This document shows positions 1-13,483 of a DNA stretch of 57,132 bases, piece after piece. The position numbers were made by a program, and so were the translations under genes. Source of the stretch: Octopus sinensis (lineage: Eukaryota). The first letter of the stretch is position 1. Each line of letters starts with the position of its first letter. Under the pieces are notes generated by a model. That model made no database searches. It was not told the origin of the DNA and worked only from the letters and a program-made list of their open reading frames with translations. The stretch is taken from the NCBI RefSeq assembly GCF_006345805.1, contig NW_021833621.1, positions 1 to 57,132 on the forward strand, in the 5' to 3' direction.

Positions 1-311
1 ATATGTGACACAGTAAGCATACTGTATATTAAATAAGTGCATATTTTCTTCAATATTAAAAGAACTTGATCTGCATAAAAACTGTTCTACATTTCTCTGA
101 TAAACATAGTGATAGTGAAGTAAAGAAAATAAAACATACTAATTTCATTTAATGGAAGCATCATTGGTGAATGTACACGTGTGTGTGTGTTTGTGTGTGT
201 GTGTGTCTGTGTCTGTGTCTGTGTGTGTGTATGCTTCGATGCAAACAGGAAAAATAGAACTCAAAGAACTTTGAGTCACTCTGCTACATCTGCTTATTAT
301 TAATATACACA

Positions 312-353
<42 letters not shown>

Positions 354-660
354 CACACAGACGCACACACACGCACACGCACACACACACACGCACACAC
401 ATGCACACACACACACACACGCATACACACACACACACATAGAGGATGCAGTGAATATATTCTTTTTTCTCTAGGCACAAGGTTCGAAATTTTGGAGGAG
501 GGGGGCAGTCGATTAGATCCATCCCAGTATGCAACTGGTACTTAACTTATCAACCCCAAAAGCGGAATTTGAACTCTGAACATAAAGACATATGAAATAC
601 CACTAAGCATTTCACCCAGAATGCTAACATTTCTGCCATCTCACCGCCTTAATGCAGTCA

Positions 661-1519
661 ATATATTGTCGTCTAAATTACGCAAAAATGAAAATAACAC
701 TGACATCTCATTTTAACGGATATATTTACCAAAATTACATAAAAATATCCTGAAATACTAAAGAGTAAATTTATTCGATAAAATTGCCATTGGCTTCAAC
801 AGCCGCCTCCAGACGACTTCGGAATCTCCTGCAACTCTTTTGGACAGTCTCCTTGTTTTAAATTGATGAATGCTGCCATAATCCTTGCCTTCAGTTCATC
901 TATGGTGTTACAAGGAATTTTGTTGGTCTCTCACTCAACTGTGCTCCACACATAATAATCAAAGGGGTTGCAGTCTGGGAAGTTAGTTGGTCAGATGTTA
1001 GGTGTGATGTGGTTGCAGAAATTGTCAGACAGCCATGACTGGGTTCTCCTACTTATGTAGCATGGTGCAGAGCCCTGTTGCCCACATTGGGTGTTCCAGA
1101 AACACCCTCTTGACCCAGGGCAGCACTACCTCCTCCAGGCACTTGATGTAGGCCTCCATGTTGAGTCTGAGGCCTTGTGGGAAAATGAATGGAGGCATAA
1201 TGTCACCATCACTCGTGATCACTCTAAACAGCATGATGTTGACTGGATGTTTGATTTTTATCACTCTCGATACATGTCCTCAGATTGACACCAAAACACT
1301 CTGAAATATTTGTATACAAACTGTTGGTGTGAATGCCAAGCATACAACATGTCGTTTCCAAATTTCTGGCAGACTGAATTGTGTCGTGGTGCTGTTTTTC
1401 TCACAGACAGTGCCCAACTGACCCTACTATACTGAGTAGTCAACAAAATCAAAAACAAACGATGCACATGCGCGAAATTAAAAAATATAAAATGGTGACT
1501 ATTTACCCATCACACCCTG
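661..1519 (-). mobile_element. Tc1/mariner DD37D (maT-type) transposon remnant, internally deleted
   Basis: Minus-strand QQG(D)SAPCYISRRTQSWLSDNFCNHITPNI*PTNFPDCNPFDYYVW gives 37 residues between the second and third catalytic positions. TA+CAGGGTG terminus at 1519-1521; left TIR degraded; stops and frameshifts. Confidence 0.85.
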
Positions 1520-2460
1520 TAGGTGTGTACACACATGCATGTGTGTGTGTATATATATAGAGAGAAAGAAAGACAGACAGACAGAAAGATAGAGATAGTG
1601 AGAGGGAGAAGGAAGGAGAAGGCAGGTGTAAAATGTTGCATGGTAAACAACAAAAGGTATGCACAGAAAACAGGAAGAAAAAAGCACAAAGAACGTGGAT
1701 GTGCTGCTCAACCCCCTCATCAGTGATCAAACAAAAATCATCACATTTTCAGTTCCTTATCAACGATATTGTTCAATTTGGTGGCATTGACAGCAAAATA
1801 CTGCAGGGAATATAAAAGAGCAAAGAGAAAGGACAGCATAATGCAAGTACCAAAAAGAAAAAAAAACATGGGACTTCTAGATCGAATGTTAAAAACAGAG
1901 AGTTTTAAGGTCAATGACACACACATTCACACAGATATACACACACACACACACAACACACACACACATACACACACACACGTTCACATACACACACACA
2001 TACATACACATACACACATTCACATACACACACATGCACACACACATTCACACAAAACAATCACACATGCAGATTAACACACTCACACACACTCACACTC
2101 ACACACATGCACACACACATACACACACATATACACACACATTCACTCACTCACTCTCACACACATTCACACTGCCACACAAACACATACATGCGCACAC
2201 ACATACACACACACACAAGCACACACACGTCTTTTATCTTTTAGTTGCTTCAGTCATTAGACTGTGACCATGCTGGAGCACCACCCTGGAGAACTTTTAA
2301 ACAAACGAATCGAATCGTCAGTACTTATTTACTTTAATTCTAATGCTTATTCTATTGGTATCATTTGCCAAACTGCTAAGTTTTCGGGCCATAAACAGAC
2401 CAGCACCAGTTACCAAGTAGTAGTGGGGGACAAACACAGACACAAACACACATACAGAAG

Positions 2461-2866
2461 CAGGAGTGACTGTGGTAAGTAGCTTGCTAACCAACCACAT
2501 GGTTCTGGGTTCAGTCCCACTGCGTGGCATCTTAGGCAAGTGTCTTCTGCTATGACCCCGGGCTGACCAATGCCTTGTGAGTGGATTTGGTAGACGGAAA
2601 CTGAAAGAAGCCCAATGTGTATATATGTATATATATATATGTGTATGTGTGTGTGTTTGTGTGTCTGTGTTTGTCCCCCTAGCATTGCTTGACAACCGAT
2701 GCTGGTGTGTTTACGTCCCCGTCACTTAGCGGTTCGGCAAAAGAGACCGATAGAATAAGTACTGGGCTTACAAAGAATAAGTTCCAGGGTCGATTTGCTC
2801 GACTAAAGGCGGTGCTCCAGCATGGCCACAGTCAAATGACTGAAACAAGTAAAAGAGTAAAAAGAG
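2461..2866 (+). mobile_element. SINE family A (tRNA head, CORE-like CCTTGGGCAAG block, internal microsatellite, GTAAAAGA tail)
   Basis: GGAGTGACTGTGGTAAGTAGC...GGGTTCAGTCCC head. Further copies or fragments at about 2229-2460(-), 3723-4139(+), 5870-6223(-), 25000-25240(-), 26395-26745(-), 27060-27728(+), 31283-31670(+), 37907-38310(-), 45915-46300(+) and 48820-49078(+). Confidence 0.9.
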
Positions 2867-3885
2867 TATACATATCTACACACACACACATATATATATG
2901 TGTGTGTATGTGTGTGCTTCATGTACTATGATTACCTCCCACTCCCCAATCCTGTCTCCTTGGCCATGTGTCACTATATCATTGCTCTCCACCTACCTCT
3001 GACCTGTGCGTTGCGTTCTACCCACATGCTCTTTCTCACTCTATTATTGCCATCTGCTTGCCCCCCCACCCACCCGACCTGGTGTTTACAACACCCACCC
3101 GTAACAAGAAACCGTTTCCTTCACCCCCACCCCAACAAACCACTCTACATCTCTTCTCTTTCTCACATTTCCTCCTTCATTCACCATACCAAGCTCTCAC
3201 TCCCCCAATCCTATCCCCACACCCCTCTTCCTCTGTATCATTACTATCCAGTAGCCCCTCCAACCTCGATATATACCCTGGTCTTTCACCACTTACCCGA
3301 ACTCTTTAATCACACTCCCTTTACAATATCCTGTTACATATATTATAGCATTTCAAACCTCAAGGGTATACCCTGGTACTTACTACCATCTATATCTCTC
3401 TCTTCCTTTACTCAATTATCCCATTTATATTCTGATTCCTGTTCCTTGTGAGTATGTCCAGCATTTTGCCACCATCTCTATCCTGCTCTCTCCCACTCTC
3501 TCCCCTTCTGGACTTCCCTCACGTTGGGCAACCATGTACTTTCTTTCTGGTAGCACACCTGTTTCTGTCTTCATTCCAGACCTTTCCCTCTCTCTCTGGC
3601 CGGGTAACTTTGTACTTCCTCTACAGCAAGACACTTATATCTGTCTCACTATAACCTTTTCATCCTCACCTCCTCCAATTCCTCCACCGCTCTTAGAATT
3701 TTTTTTTATCAATGTCTTGCAAGTAGGAGTGGCTGTGTGGTAAGTAGCTTGCTTACCAACCACACAGTTCCGAGTTCAGTCCCACTGTGTGGCACCTTGG
3801 GCAAGTGTCTTCTACTATAGCCTTGGGCCAACCAAAGCCTTGTGAGTGGATTTGGTAGACGGAAACTGAAAGAAGCCCATCGTAT

Positions 3886-3916
<31 letters not shown>

Positions 3917-4951
3917 GTGTGTTTGTGTGTCTGTGTTTGTCCCCCCCAACATCGCTTGATAACCAATGCTGGTTTGTTTACGTCCCCGTCACTTAGCGGT
4001 TCGGCAAAAGAGACCGATAGAATAAGTTCTAGGCTTACAAAGAATAAGTTCTGGGGTCGATTTACTCGACTAAAGGCGGTGCTCCAGCATGGCTGCAGTC
4101 AAATGACTGAAACAAGTAAAAGAGAAAGAGTAAAGAGTAAATACTTGGTGATCCTATCAGAGAAGGTGCCACTTAAAAGCACCCAGTCCACACTGTAAAG
4201 TGGTTGGTGTTCAGAAGTGCATCCAGCTGTAAAAACCTTACCAAAACTGACCTCACCTGTGCAGGTGCCACATAAAAAACACTAAGTCCACTCTGCTGAG
4301 TGGTTGGTGTTAGGAAGGGCATCCAGCTGCAAATACCCTGCCAAAACAGTCGCAGAAGTCTGATACAGGCTTCTGCCTGGCTGGCTCTTGTGAAACTGTC
4401 CCACCCATGCTAGCATAGAAGGCAGACGTTAAATGATGATGATGATGATGATGACGATGATATATTATATTATTATAATATAATATTAGGGAGTATAACT
4501 CCAAACTTACAGGGAAAAATTCAATTAGTATTAAATCAAATTTCACAATATAAATATATAATATATATATAAATTAGAGAAAAACCACTATTATGCAATT
4601 AAAACAATGATAGACATAAACTAAATCATAAATAAAAAATATATATATATATATATATGAGGAGCTTCAGTCAGTCTCCATCGACCAAATCCAGTCACAA
4701 GGATTTGGTTGACCTGGGCTCTAATAGAAGACACTTTGCCCAAGACGCTGAACCCAAAAGCATGTGGTTGGAAAGCAAACTTCTGAGCCTATTAAAAATG
4801 TATCTTATTGTTGTGCAAACATCTGAATTAGAACTCAATACGTTAGGTAGAGTTGATAGGTTATGTTTATTATACCAAAAGTCAATTGTCAACTTCTAAT
4901 ATGAAGGCACAGACACATGCACACGCCCACACGCGCGCATGCGCACACACA

Positions 4952-4992
<41 letters not shown>

Positions 4993-5739
4993 TACACACA
5001 TATACTTGCCGTTGGCATGTAAAAAGCACCATCCGAACGTGGCCAATGCCAGCACCACCTTGACTGGCTGGTAGCACGTAAAAAGCACCAACCGATCATG
5101 GCCGTTGCCAGCCTCTCCTGGCACCTGTGCTGGTAGCACGTAAAAAGCACCCACTACACTCACGGAGTGGTTGGCGTTAGGAAGGGCATCCAGCTGTAGA
5201 AACACTGCAAGATCAGACTGGAGCCTGGTGCAGCCTCCTGGCTTCCCAGACCCCGGTCAAACCATCCAACCTATGCTAGCATGGAAAATGGGCGTTAAAT
5301 GATGATGATGATGATATACACACCTATATATCATCATCATCATCATCTCCATCATCATTGTTTAACTTCCACATTCCATGCTGACATGGGTTGGATGGTT
5401 TGACTGGAAACTGGCAAGCCAAGAGGCTGCACAAGTTTCCAATCTAATCTGACAAAGTTTCTACAGCTAGATGCCCTTCCTAATGCCAACCACTCCGTGA
5501 GTGTAGTAGCTGCTTTTTACATGCCACCAGCAAGAGGCTAGTCAGGTAGTACCGACATCAACCACGCTCAAATGGTGCTTTTTATGTGCCACCGGTAAGG
5601 TGGCACTGGCATTGACCACAGTCATATGGTGCTTTTGACCTGTCACTGGCATGGGTGCAAGTCATGCAGTATTGGCATCAACCACAACAATGATTTCACT
5701 TGACTCAACAGGTCTTCTCAGGCATAGTTTATTGCCCAG

Positions 5740-5794
<55 letters not shown>

Positions 5795-6221
5795 TACACA
5801 TGTGCATATATGTACATATATAAATTTGTGTGTGTGTGTGTATATATATATGTGTGTGTGTATGTATATTCTTTTATCCTTTCACTTGATTTAGTCACTT
5901 GACTGTAGCCATGCTGGAGCACTGCCCTTAGTCAAACAAATCAATCCTAGTACTTATTCTATCGCTCTGTTTTGCTAAACCGCCAAGCTACAGGGATGTA
6001 AACTCACCAACATTGGTTGTCAAGTGATGGTAGGAGAACTAACACAGACACATAAATACACACACACCATACGATGAGCTTCTTTCAGTTTCCGAGTACC
6101 AAATCCACTCACAAAGGTTTGGTCAACCCGCGACTATAGTAGAAGACACTTACCCAAGATGCCATGCAGTGGGACTGAACCCAGAACCATGTGCTTGGGA
6201 AGCAAGCTTCTTACCACACAG

Positions 6222-6257
<36 letters not shown>

Positions 6258-6353
6258 AGAGTAAACACATAAATGTGAAACAAGGTGGAAAAAAGAGTAC
6301 TCAAATACCAGTGGTAGAGTAATATGCTTATTTTAAGCAGCAGAAAATTCAAC

Positions 6354-6461
6354 AAATCTGTTACTCTGAGTTTCTCGTTGCCGTTCATCAGACAGTTTTT
6401 GCTAGAATTCTAGCAAAAACTGTCTGATGAACGGCAACGAGAAACTCAGAGTAACAGATTT
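6354..6461. repeat. Perfect spacer-less 108-bp palindrome, each arm carrying a hammerhead-like motif (Penelope terminal-repeat inversion)
   Basis: Arms 6354-6407 and 6408-6461 are exact reverse complements (imperfect extension to ~6325-6492). The + arm reads CTGT-CTGATGA-ACGGCAACGA-GAAA-C-TCAGA-GTA-ACAG. Confidence 0.9.
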
Positions 6462-6569
6462 TGTTGAATTTTTTGCTGCGCTTTAAATAAAGTGTATGTA
6501 TATATATATTATATATATATATATATATATATTAATATTATATATAAAATATATATATATTATATATAT

Positions 6570-6653
<84 letters not shown>

Positions 6654-7409
6654 ATTCATGCACAGACGCACACAAATATTATCTTACCTATCCGAGTTAA
6701 TAATCCGTAAAACTTGTCCACACATGGATTATATTCTCTTCATAATATAAATAAATAAATAACTAAACAGACATAGAAACAAAAAAATATATGAATACAA
6801 GATAAATTAGATAATATACTTTCCACAAGAGAGATAATAAAAATAATAAAAAATCAGAAAAGAAAAGAAATGAACAATATAATAGTGCAACAAAGGCTTG
6901 AAACATCCTGTAGATAAATTAGCGACTAATAGTTAGTGAAACCCACCAGGAAAACAGATGAATAGGCCTATTAATACTACTACTACTACTATTCATTCTG
7001 CTGCTGTTGCTATTACTACTACTATTACTAAAAGAAAAAAAGGAGTCTCCTGTCACAGATGACGTATGAGCTGAGCTGAGAGTTCAGCTTTTTGCCGAAC
7101 GAGTTGCACAAATGATTTTGTTTATTGTGATCGAATTTACGTGCTGCTTGTACATTAGCTCAATCTCGCTCCATCGAATCGATGTTGTCTGGAACAGGTG
7201 CACACAGGTGTGCCATATGCGTCCAGGTGTCGAAGTGATTGCAGAGCAACGTGAGTAGATATGAAGTTTACTTTCGCTCAAGAACAACACACAATGCACT
7301 ACACCCTGTCTAGGGACTGAAATCATGATCTAGCAATCACAAGTGCAACAAACTGACCACAAGGCCACCACCACTACTACTACTGCTGCTGCTACTACTA
7401 CTGCTGCTG

Positions 7410-7443
<34 letters not shown>

Positions 7444-7482
7444 CACTACTACCACTACTACTACTACTGCTGCTGCTGCTGT

Positions 7483-8110
7483 CCCCCAAAAAGGTCATTC
7501 GTGAGATGTGAAGCAAAGAAGAGCACACATTCACTCTCTGTGTATGATTAGACACAGAAAGTTTGTGAGGAACCCATTGACCCAATTTGCTGATTTTTCT
7601 GATGGCACACAGGTGTTGATGAATGGTTGAATGAGTAAATCCAAGCTTCTCTGCTAGTTCCTCAACAATTATGATGGGATTTTGTTCCACCAAGGTTTGC
7701 AGGACATTCTCGTCAAGCTCTACAGACCTTCCAGGACAAGGCTCAACTCCTATGCTGTAGAAATTCGGCTCAGAATATCTGGAGCCACCATTGACACTGG
7801 CTTATGCTTATTCTCCGATCCCCATATACTTCGTTAATATTCCTTGCACTTTCTTTTGCCTCGTTGCCTTTATTGAACTCATAAAGCAGAATATGCCAAA
7901 TATGCTCCTTTGTCACTTCCATTATAGCTTTGAAAAAAAATAACTGTTAAAATCGAACTGCACTCTTCAAAACTTACAATAAGAATAAGAAAAAAAGGTA
8001 ATATTGCTACCTGCTTTTATAGCAAGTTGATGCAGGTAGTTAATCCCATTCTTCCTCCGACTTTTAGTTCATGCAATTGAAAAAAATGCATTATTTATGG
8101 GATGACCCAA
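7483..8110 (-). mobile_element. Mariner transposon, 5' half
   Basis: TA+TTGGGTCATCCCATAAATAATGC terminus at 8110. ATG at 7922 (MEVTKEHIWHILLYEFNKG), HTH region and WVPHKL motif; truncated before the catalytic domain. Confidence 0.85.
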
Positions 8111-8228
8111 TATATTGTGTATGTGTGTGTGTGTGTGTGTGTATGTATGTAAATACATATGCATTCATACATAAGTGAGTGTGTACAGATGCATGTATAT
8201 ATACAAACATATATATATATATATATGC

Positions 8229-8299
<71 letters not shown>

Positions 8300-8887
8300 C
8301 AAAAGTGCATGTTTCTATATAAGCATGTGTATATTTATTTGTGTATGCATTTATGTACCATAGTAACAAAGTGTTTTCAATGCAGTGAAACCAAACAATC
8401 TTCCTCTCCATTCCCATGCCCACCACGGCCACCATGACTGTTTACATAAATAGCTAATAAGGTAGGAGTGACCAAGCGATAATGTTACATGAATACCTAA
8501 TAAAGCAGAAGTGACTAAGTGATAATGTTACAGGGATGTTATGGTGGGCCTCCAGAAATTTATTACAACAAATGCAGTGGTTTTCTAATCACCACAAGGC
8601 AACAGGCTGTTGTTGTTTTTTGTTTGCTATTATTGTTGTTGCTGTGGTTGTAGTTGTTGTTGTTGTCATTTTTGTAATTTCTCTTACTGTTGTTTTTGTT
8701 GGTGTTGTCATTGCTGTGGTAGTTGTTGTTGTTGTTACTGCTGCTGCTGCTGTTGTTGTTGTTGTCATGGTTATTGTCGTTTTTGTTATTGATCATGTTA
8801 TTGTTGTGGTTGTGGTTGTTGTTGTTGTTACTGTTGCTGATGCTGCTGTTGTTGTTCTTGTTATTGTTATTCTTGTTAGTCATTTTG

Positions 8888-9112
8888 TATTTCTTTATTA
8901 CCCACATGGGGCTAAACATAGCGGGGACAGACAAAAGGATTAAGTTGATTACATCGACCCCACAATGCGTAACTGGTACTTAATTTATCGACCCTGAAAG
9001 GATGAAAGGCAAAGTCGACCATGGCGAAATTTGATCTCAAAACGTAACGGCAGACAAAATACCGCTAAGCATTTCACCCGGCGTGCTAACGATTCTGCCA
9101 GTTCAACACCTT
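8888..9112 (-). mobile_element. SINE family B (tRNA head, CTTTCATCCTTTCGGGGTCGAT central block)
   Basis: A/B-box-like head on the minus strand. Other copies at about 435-650, 13665-13830, 24110-24517 (dimer), 26165-26395, 44375-44525 and inside the 310-bp array. Confidence 0.85.
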
Positions 9113-9141
9113 GTTAGTCATTTCTGTTATACCTTTTGTTA

Positions 9142-10463
9142 CAAAGTGATATCAGAAAGTTCCTGGACTAGTTCTGTAGCACGCCAACAGATGGCAGCAC
9201 ATGGTTGCATGTGCATTGAGAGTTAGCAGTGACCTTCATGAGGCAGCGTGCTGAGTGACATCACTATGTTTATTTCACAAGTTGTGAAATTTGTAATTTT
9301 GTGATCATGTGTCTGCTGTAGTCTGTGATTTTGTCATGGACACGAACAAAGAGTAAACATGAAATTATGAGTTAAACTTGGGAAGTCTGCTACAGGGACA
9401 TTGAGCATGCTTTGGCCAGCTTAGGACAAAAACAGCAATGGGTTGGATGTAAAGTTTTGAGTGGCTCTGATGCTTCAAAATTGGAAGAATGTCTGTGGAA
9501 GATGATGAGCGATCTGGAAGACCAGCCAGAAGCGCCAGTCTTGGAAATGTGGAGATAATTCATCACCTTATGCACGAGGATAGTTGGAGGACAATCAATG
9601 GCATTGCCGATATTGTTGGTCTGTCGTATGGGTCTGTGCAGGCAATCCTAATGTCTGAATAGAACATGTGGTATGTTTCTGCCAAGTTTGGCCATGTCTG
9701 CTGACCACTGAGCAGAAAGAACATCGTTTCAAAGTCTGTCAAGATCTCTGTAAGCATGCCGCTGATGACCCATCCTTCATGTCAAGGACCATCAATGGTG
9801 ATGAAAGTTCAGTCTAAGGGTACGACCCTGAGACAAAGCAGCGGTCATCACCATGAAAGAGCCCTTCATCTCCTTGACCGAAGGAGGAAAGACAGAACTG
9901 CAGATCTATCAAGAGTGTGCTCATCATTTTTTCTAACATCTACAGTATTGTACATTGAGAATTCATCCCCCACCCCCCACCAGGACTAGATCGTCAATTA
10001 GATTTCTTCTACAACATTTTGAAGTGTTTGAGGGAGGACATTCAACAAAAGCAGCCAAATCTGTGGAGCACAAAGAATTGGATTCTTCATGATGACAATG
10101 CACCCTGTCACCAAACTCTCCTCACATGTGAGTTTCTTACCAAAAACAATGTGGTATCACTTTCACACCCACCCTGTTCACCAGATTTAGCACCTGCAGA
10201 TTTCCATTTCTTCCCCAAGATGAAAATGCTGCTCAAATGTTGCCATTTTAACAGCACTGTTGAGATCCAGAGCAAATTGTAGAAGGTCTTCAACCCGCTT
10301 ATGGAAAATGACTTCCAGGCCAGATTCCAAGAGTGACAAAAATGCTGGGACCAGTGGATTACTACACAAGGTGACTATTTCAAAGGAGATGATGTTAGAA
10401 CTTAGGTAAATTAAGTTATTTTCTATTAAACCTTAAGTCCTGGAACTTTTTGATACCACCTCG
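9142..10463 (+). mobile_element. Degenerate full-length mariner (DD34D)
   Basis: Degenerate TIRs (CAAAGTGATATCAGAAAGTTCCTGGACT / AGTCCTGGAACTTTTTGATACCACCTCG). Transposase remnants EDDERSGRP, WILHDDNAPCH and HPPCSPDLAPADF. Confidence 0.88.
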
Positions 10464-10782
10464 TTTTATTGTGTTTGTTATTGTTGTTACTGCTGTTGTT
10501 GTTGTTGTGGCTGTAGTTTCAGTTATTGCTGTTATTGATGGTGATGATGATAGTGGTGATGATAACAGTGATGATGACGATGACGACAACGATGATGATA
10601 TGATTGTTTCATGTGGTAATGTTGCTCTCTTTTTTTTACTGTAGTGGTTGTTGATAACAATGTTGTTAAATCAATGATGTACTTGTTGTTGTTGTTGTTA
10701 TTGTACTTCATTGATGTACTTGTTTTTCTTGATATTATCCATGTTGTTATTTATCCCTTTCCCTCAAGGTCATCCTTCTCAA

Positions 10783-10824
<42 letters not shown>

Positions 10825-11279
10825 CTTAAATTACACAATCAAAATCAATTCCAATTTTAACCATCTCAACATTATTTTTTAATTTTTCATTCTTTTTAGG
10901 GTCACATCAAATGACTACATAACTTAATGTGTCCCTTTTTTTATGGATGCTATTTCCAGCAGGTCAAATGCAGATTTCTAACGGGTATAATTGCTTGAAT
11001 TAACTTATCCTCCACCCACTCTTCACATCAATATATATGCACGATGTAAAGCAGTTGGCATTAGGAAGAGCATCAAGCTGTAGAAACTATGCTGAAGCAG
11101 ACAAATGGAACCTGGTGAAGCTTATCAAAACTTTCCACCCATGCCAGCATGGAAAACAGACGTCAACATTTAAGGCAATACATTTTATCTAGAATTGTTT
11201 CTCTTGCCACTGCCCTGTTACTACAGGGGAGAAAACTCATACGGTGATATGATGCACCTACAGTATGCTAAAGGTTAAA

Positions 11280-12190
11280 TGACAACGATGACGATGATGA
11301 TGGTGATGACAACGATGACGACGACGGCAACGATGATGATGATGACAATGATGATATTGATGATGATGATGATGACAATGATGATATTGATGACAATGAT
11401 GAAGATGATGACAATGATGAAGATGATGACAATGATGATATTGATGACAGTGATGAAGATAGTGACAATGATGAAGATGATGACAATGATGATATTGATG
11501 ACAATGATGAAGATAGTGACAATGATGATATTGATGACAATGATGAAGATAGGGACAATGATGAAGATGATGACAATGATGATATTGATGACAATGATGA
11601 AGATGGTGACAATGATGATATTGATGACATGATGAAGATAGTGACATGATGATATTGATGACAATGATGAAGATAGTGACAATGATGAAGATGATGACAA
11701 TGATGATATTGATGACAATGATGAAGATAGTGACAATGATGATATTGATGACAATGATGAAGATAGTGACAATGATGATATTGATGACAATGATGAAGAT
11801 AGTGACAATGATGAAGATGATGACAATGATGATATTGATGACAATGATGAAGATAGTGACAATGATGATATTGATGACAATGATGAAGATAGTGACAATG
11901 ATGAAGATGATGACAATGATGATATTGATGACAATGATGAAGATGGTGACAATGATGATATTGATGACAATGATGAAGATAGTGACAATGATGATATTGA
12001 TGACAATGATGAAGATAGTGACAATGATGAAGATGATGACAATGATGATATTGATGACAATGATGAAGATGGTGACAATGATGATGATCATGGTGATGAT
12101 GATGACAATGATGATGATAATGTTGATGATCATGGTGATGACGACGATGATGATGACAGTGCTGATGACAATGACAATGATGATTATGAC
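11280..12190. repeat. GAT-derived 18-bp minisatellite
   Basis: Units are [GAT/AGT/GGT]GACAATGAT[GATATT/GAAGAT]. Confidence 0.95.
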
Positions 12191-12669
12191 CATGAGAATT
12201 ATTAATTTTCAAGAGAATACAAAACCATTTTTTTTATTTTTGGTAAACTGGCCCTTGATGCACATATAGCTATAAATAATCTCAGGATAAATATTGAATT
12301 GAAAATCCCTTTTGGATGCCTTTGACATTTTCTACCCAAAAAAGTTTTTCAATCCGACATTCACATTGCTGTTATTTATAGCTTGTATGTATGTTCTTTG
12401 AGATCCACTGGTCCAAAAAAGAATTTATCATCATCATCATCATCATCATTATCATCATTGTTTAACGTCCGTTTTCCATGCTAGCTTAACTGATTGCAAG
12501 TGTTATCATGCACATTTTAATTTTCTTATGTTTTGTAGAACAATATTCTGCACCAAACCAAAAATATAGAAGTCTAGTGATAATAATATCTTGATTTCTA
12601 ACTTGTTGTCTCTTGAGGTCAATAGATGAAACTTGGAGTCAGCTTGTACAATACAAACAAAAGTCAATC

Positions 12670-12762
<93 letters not shown>

Positions 12763-12853
12763 TAATAATAATAATAATAATAATAAATAATAATAATATA
12801 ATAATAATAATAATAATAATAAATAATAATAATAATAAATAATAATAATAATA

Positions 12854-12889
<36 letters not shown>

Positions 12890-13010
12890 TAATAATAATA
12901 AATAATAATAGTAATAATAATAATAATATAATAAAATAATAAATAATAATAATATAATAATAATAATAATAATAATAATAAAATAATACTAATATAATAA
13001 TAATAATAAT
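12670..13010. repeat. (AAT)n microsatellite, flanked by two copies of a retroposon-like 3' end (12590-12670 and 13140-13220)
   Basis: Both flanks read TTGTTGTCTCTTGAGGTC...ACTTGGAG.CA.CTTGTACA...AAAAGTCAA.CA followed by an AAT run. Confidence 0.85.
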
Positions 13011-13221
13011 GTAATCCCAAAGTTTTAAAACAAACTTTTTTTTATTTAATTATTTTTTTTTTTTAAATTTTATTTTTATGTATTAGACATTCACTAGTAC
13101 AACACCAAAAAAAAAAAAAAACCCAAATATATGGCACAGAACTTCCAACCTGTTGTCTCTTGAGGTCTCTGGGTGAGACTTGGAGCCAACTTGTACAGAC
13201 ATAAAGCAAAAGTCAAACATA

Positions 13222-13253
<32 letters not shown>

Positions 13254-13391
13254 GTAATAATAATAATAATGATAATAATAGTAATAATGATAATAATAAT
13301 AATACATTCTCTTATTCTTTAATGAATGCTATTTTGGGACCAAACCAGTTGCATTTAGCAGATTGACTGATGAAAAATCTTTACAACTTAC

Positions 13392-13483
13392 ATATGAGAT
13401 ATTGGTGTGAGAGTAGTTGTATTTTTGTAATATGGGCCCTGGATTCTAACTGGAGCACAATGTCTTGCGGGTACATGCAGAAC
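13392..13483 (-). CDS. CEP104: CEP104-like, second coding exon (92 nt)
   Basis: Acceptor TATTTTTCAATTTCAG|G and donor AT|GTAAGT. Reads G+FCMYPQDIVLQLESRAHITKIQLLSHQYLI+T (human FCQFPQEIVLQMVERCRIRKLQLLAHQYMI). Phase 2 joins the 44797 exon in frame (AG+G=Arg). The next exon was not found in 1-13391. Confidence 0.9.

Noticed and set aside
2920-3720. Pyrimidine-rich segment with the 183-aa ORF, faintly Penelope-like (HHTKLSLP, TSIYT)
   Set aside because: No intact RT or GIY-YIG motif could be aligned; the resemblance is too weak to call.
4786-4900. Minus-strand TIDFWY...FNRL as CEP104 exon 3
   Set aside because: Wrong phase for the upstream exon (a stop arises), no donor, and it runs into a SINE.
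6695-6750. Minus-strand donor AG|GTAAGA after LTRI, resembling CEP104 FRRLG
   Set aside because: The upstream sequence lacks the KIEF motif and a usable acceptor.
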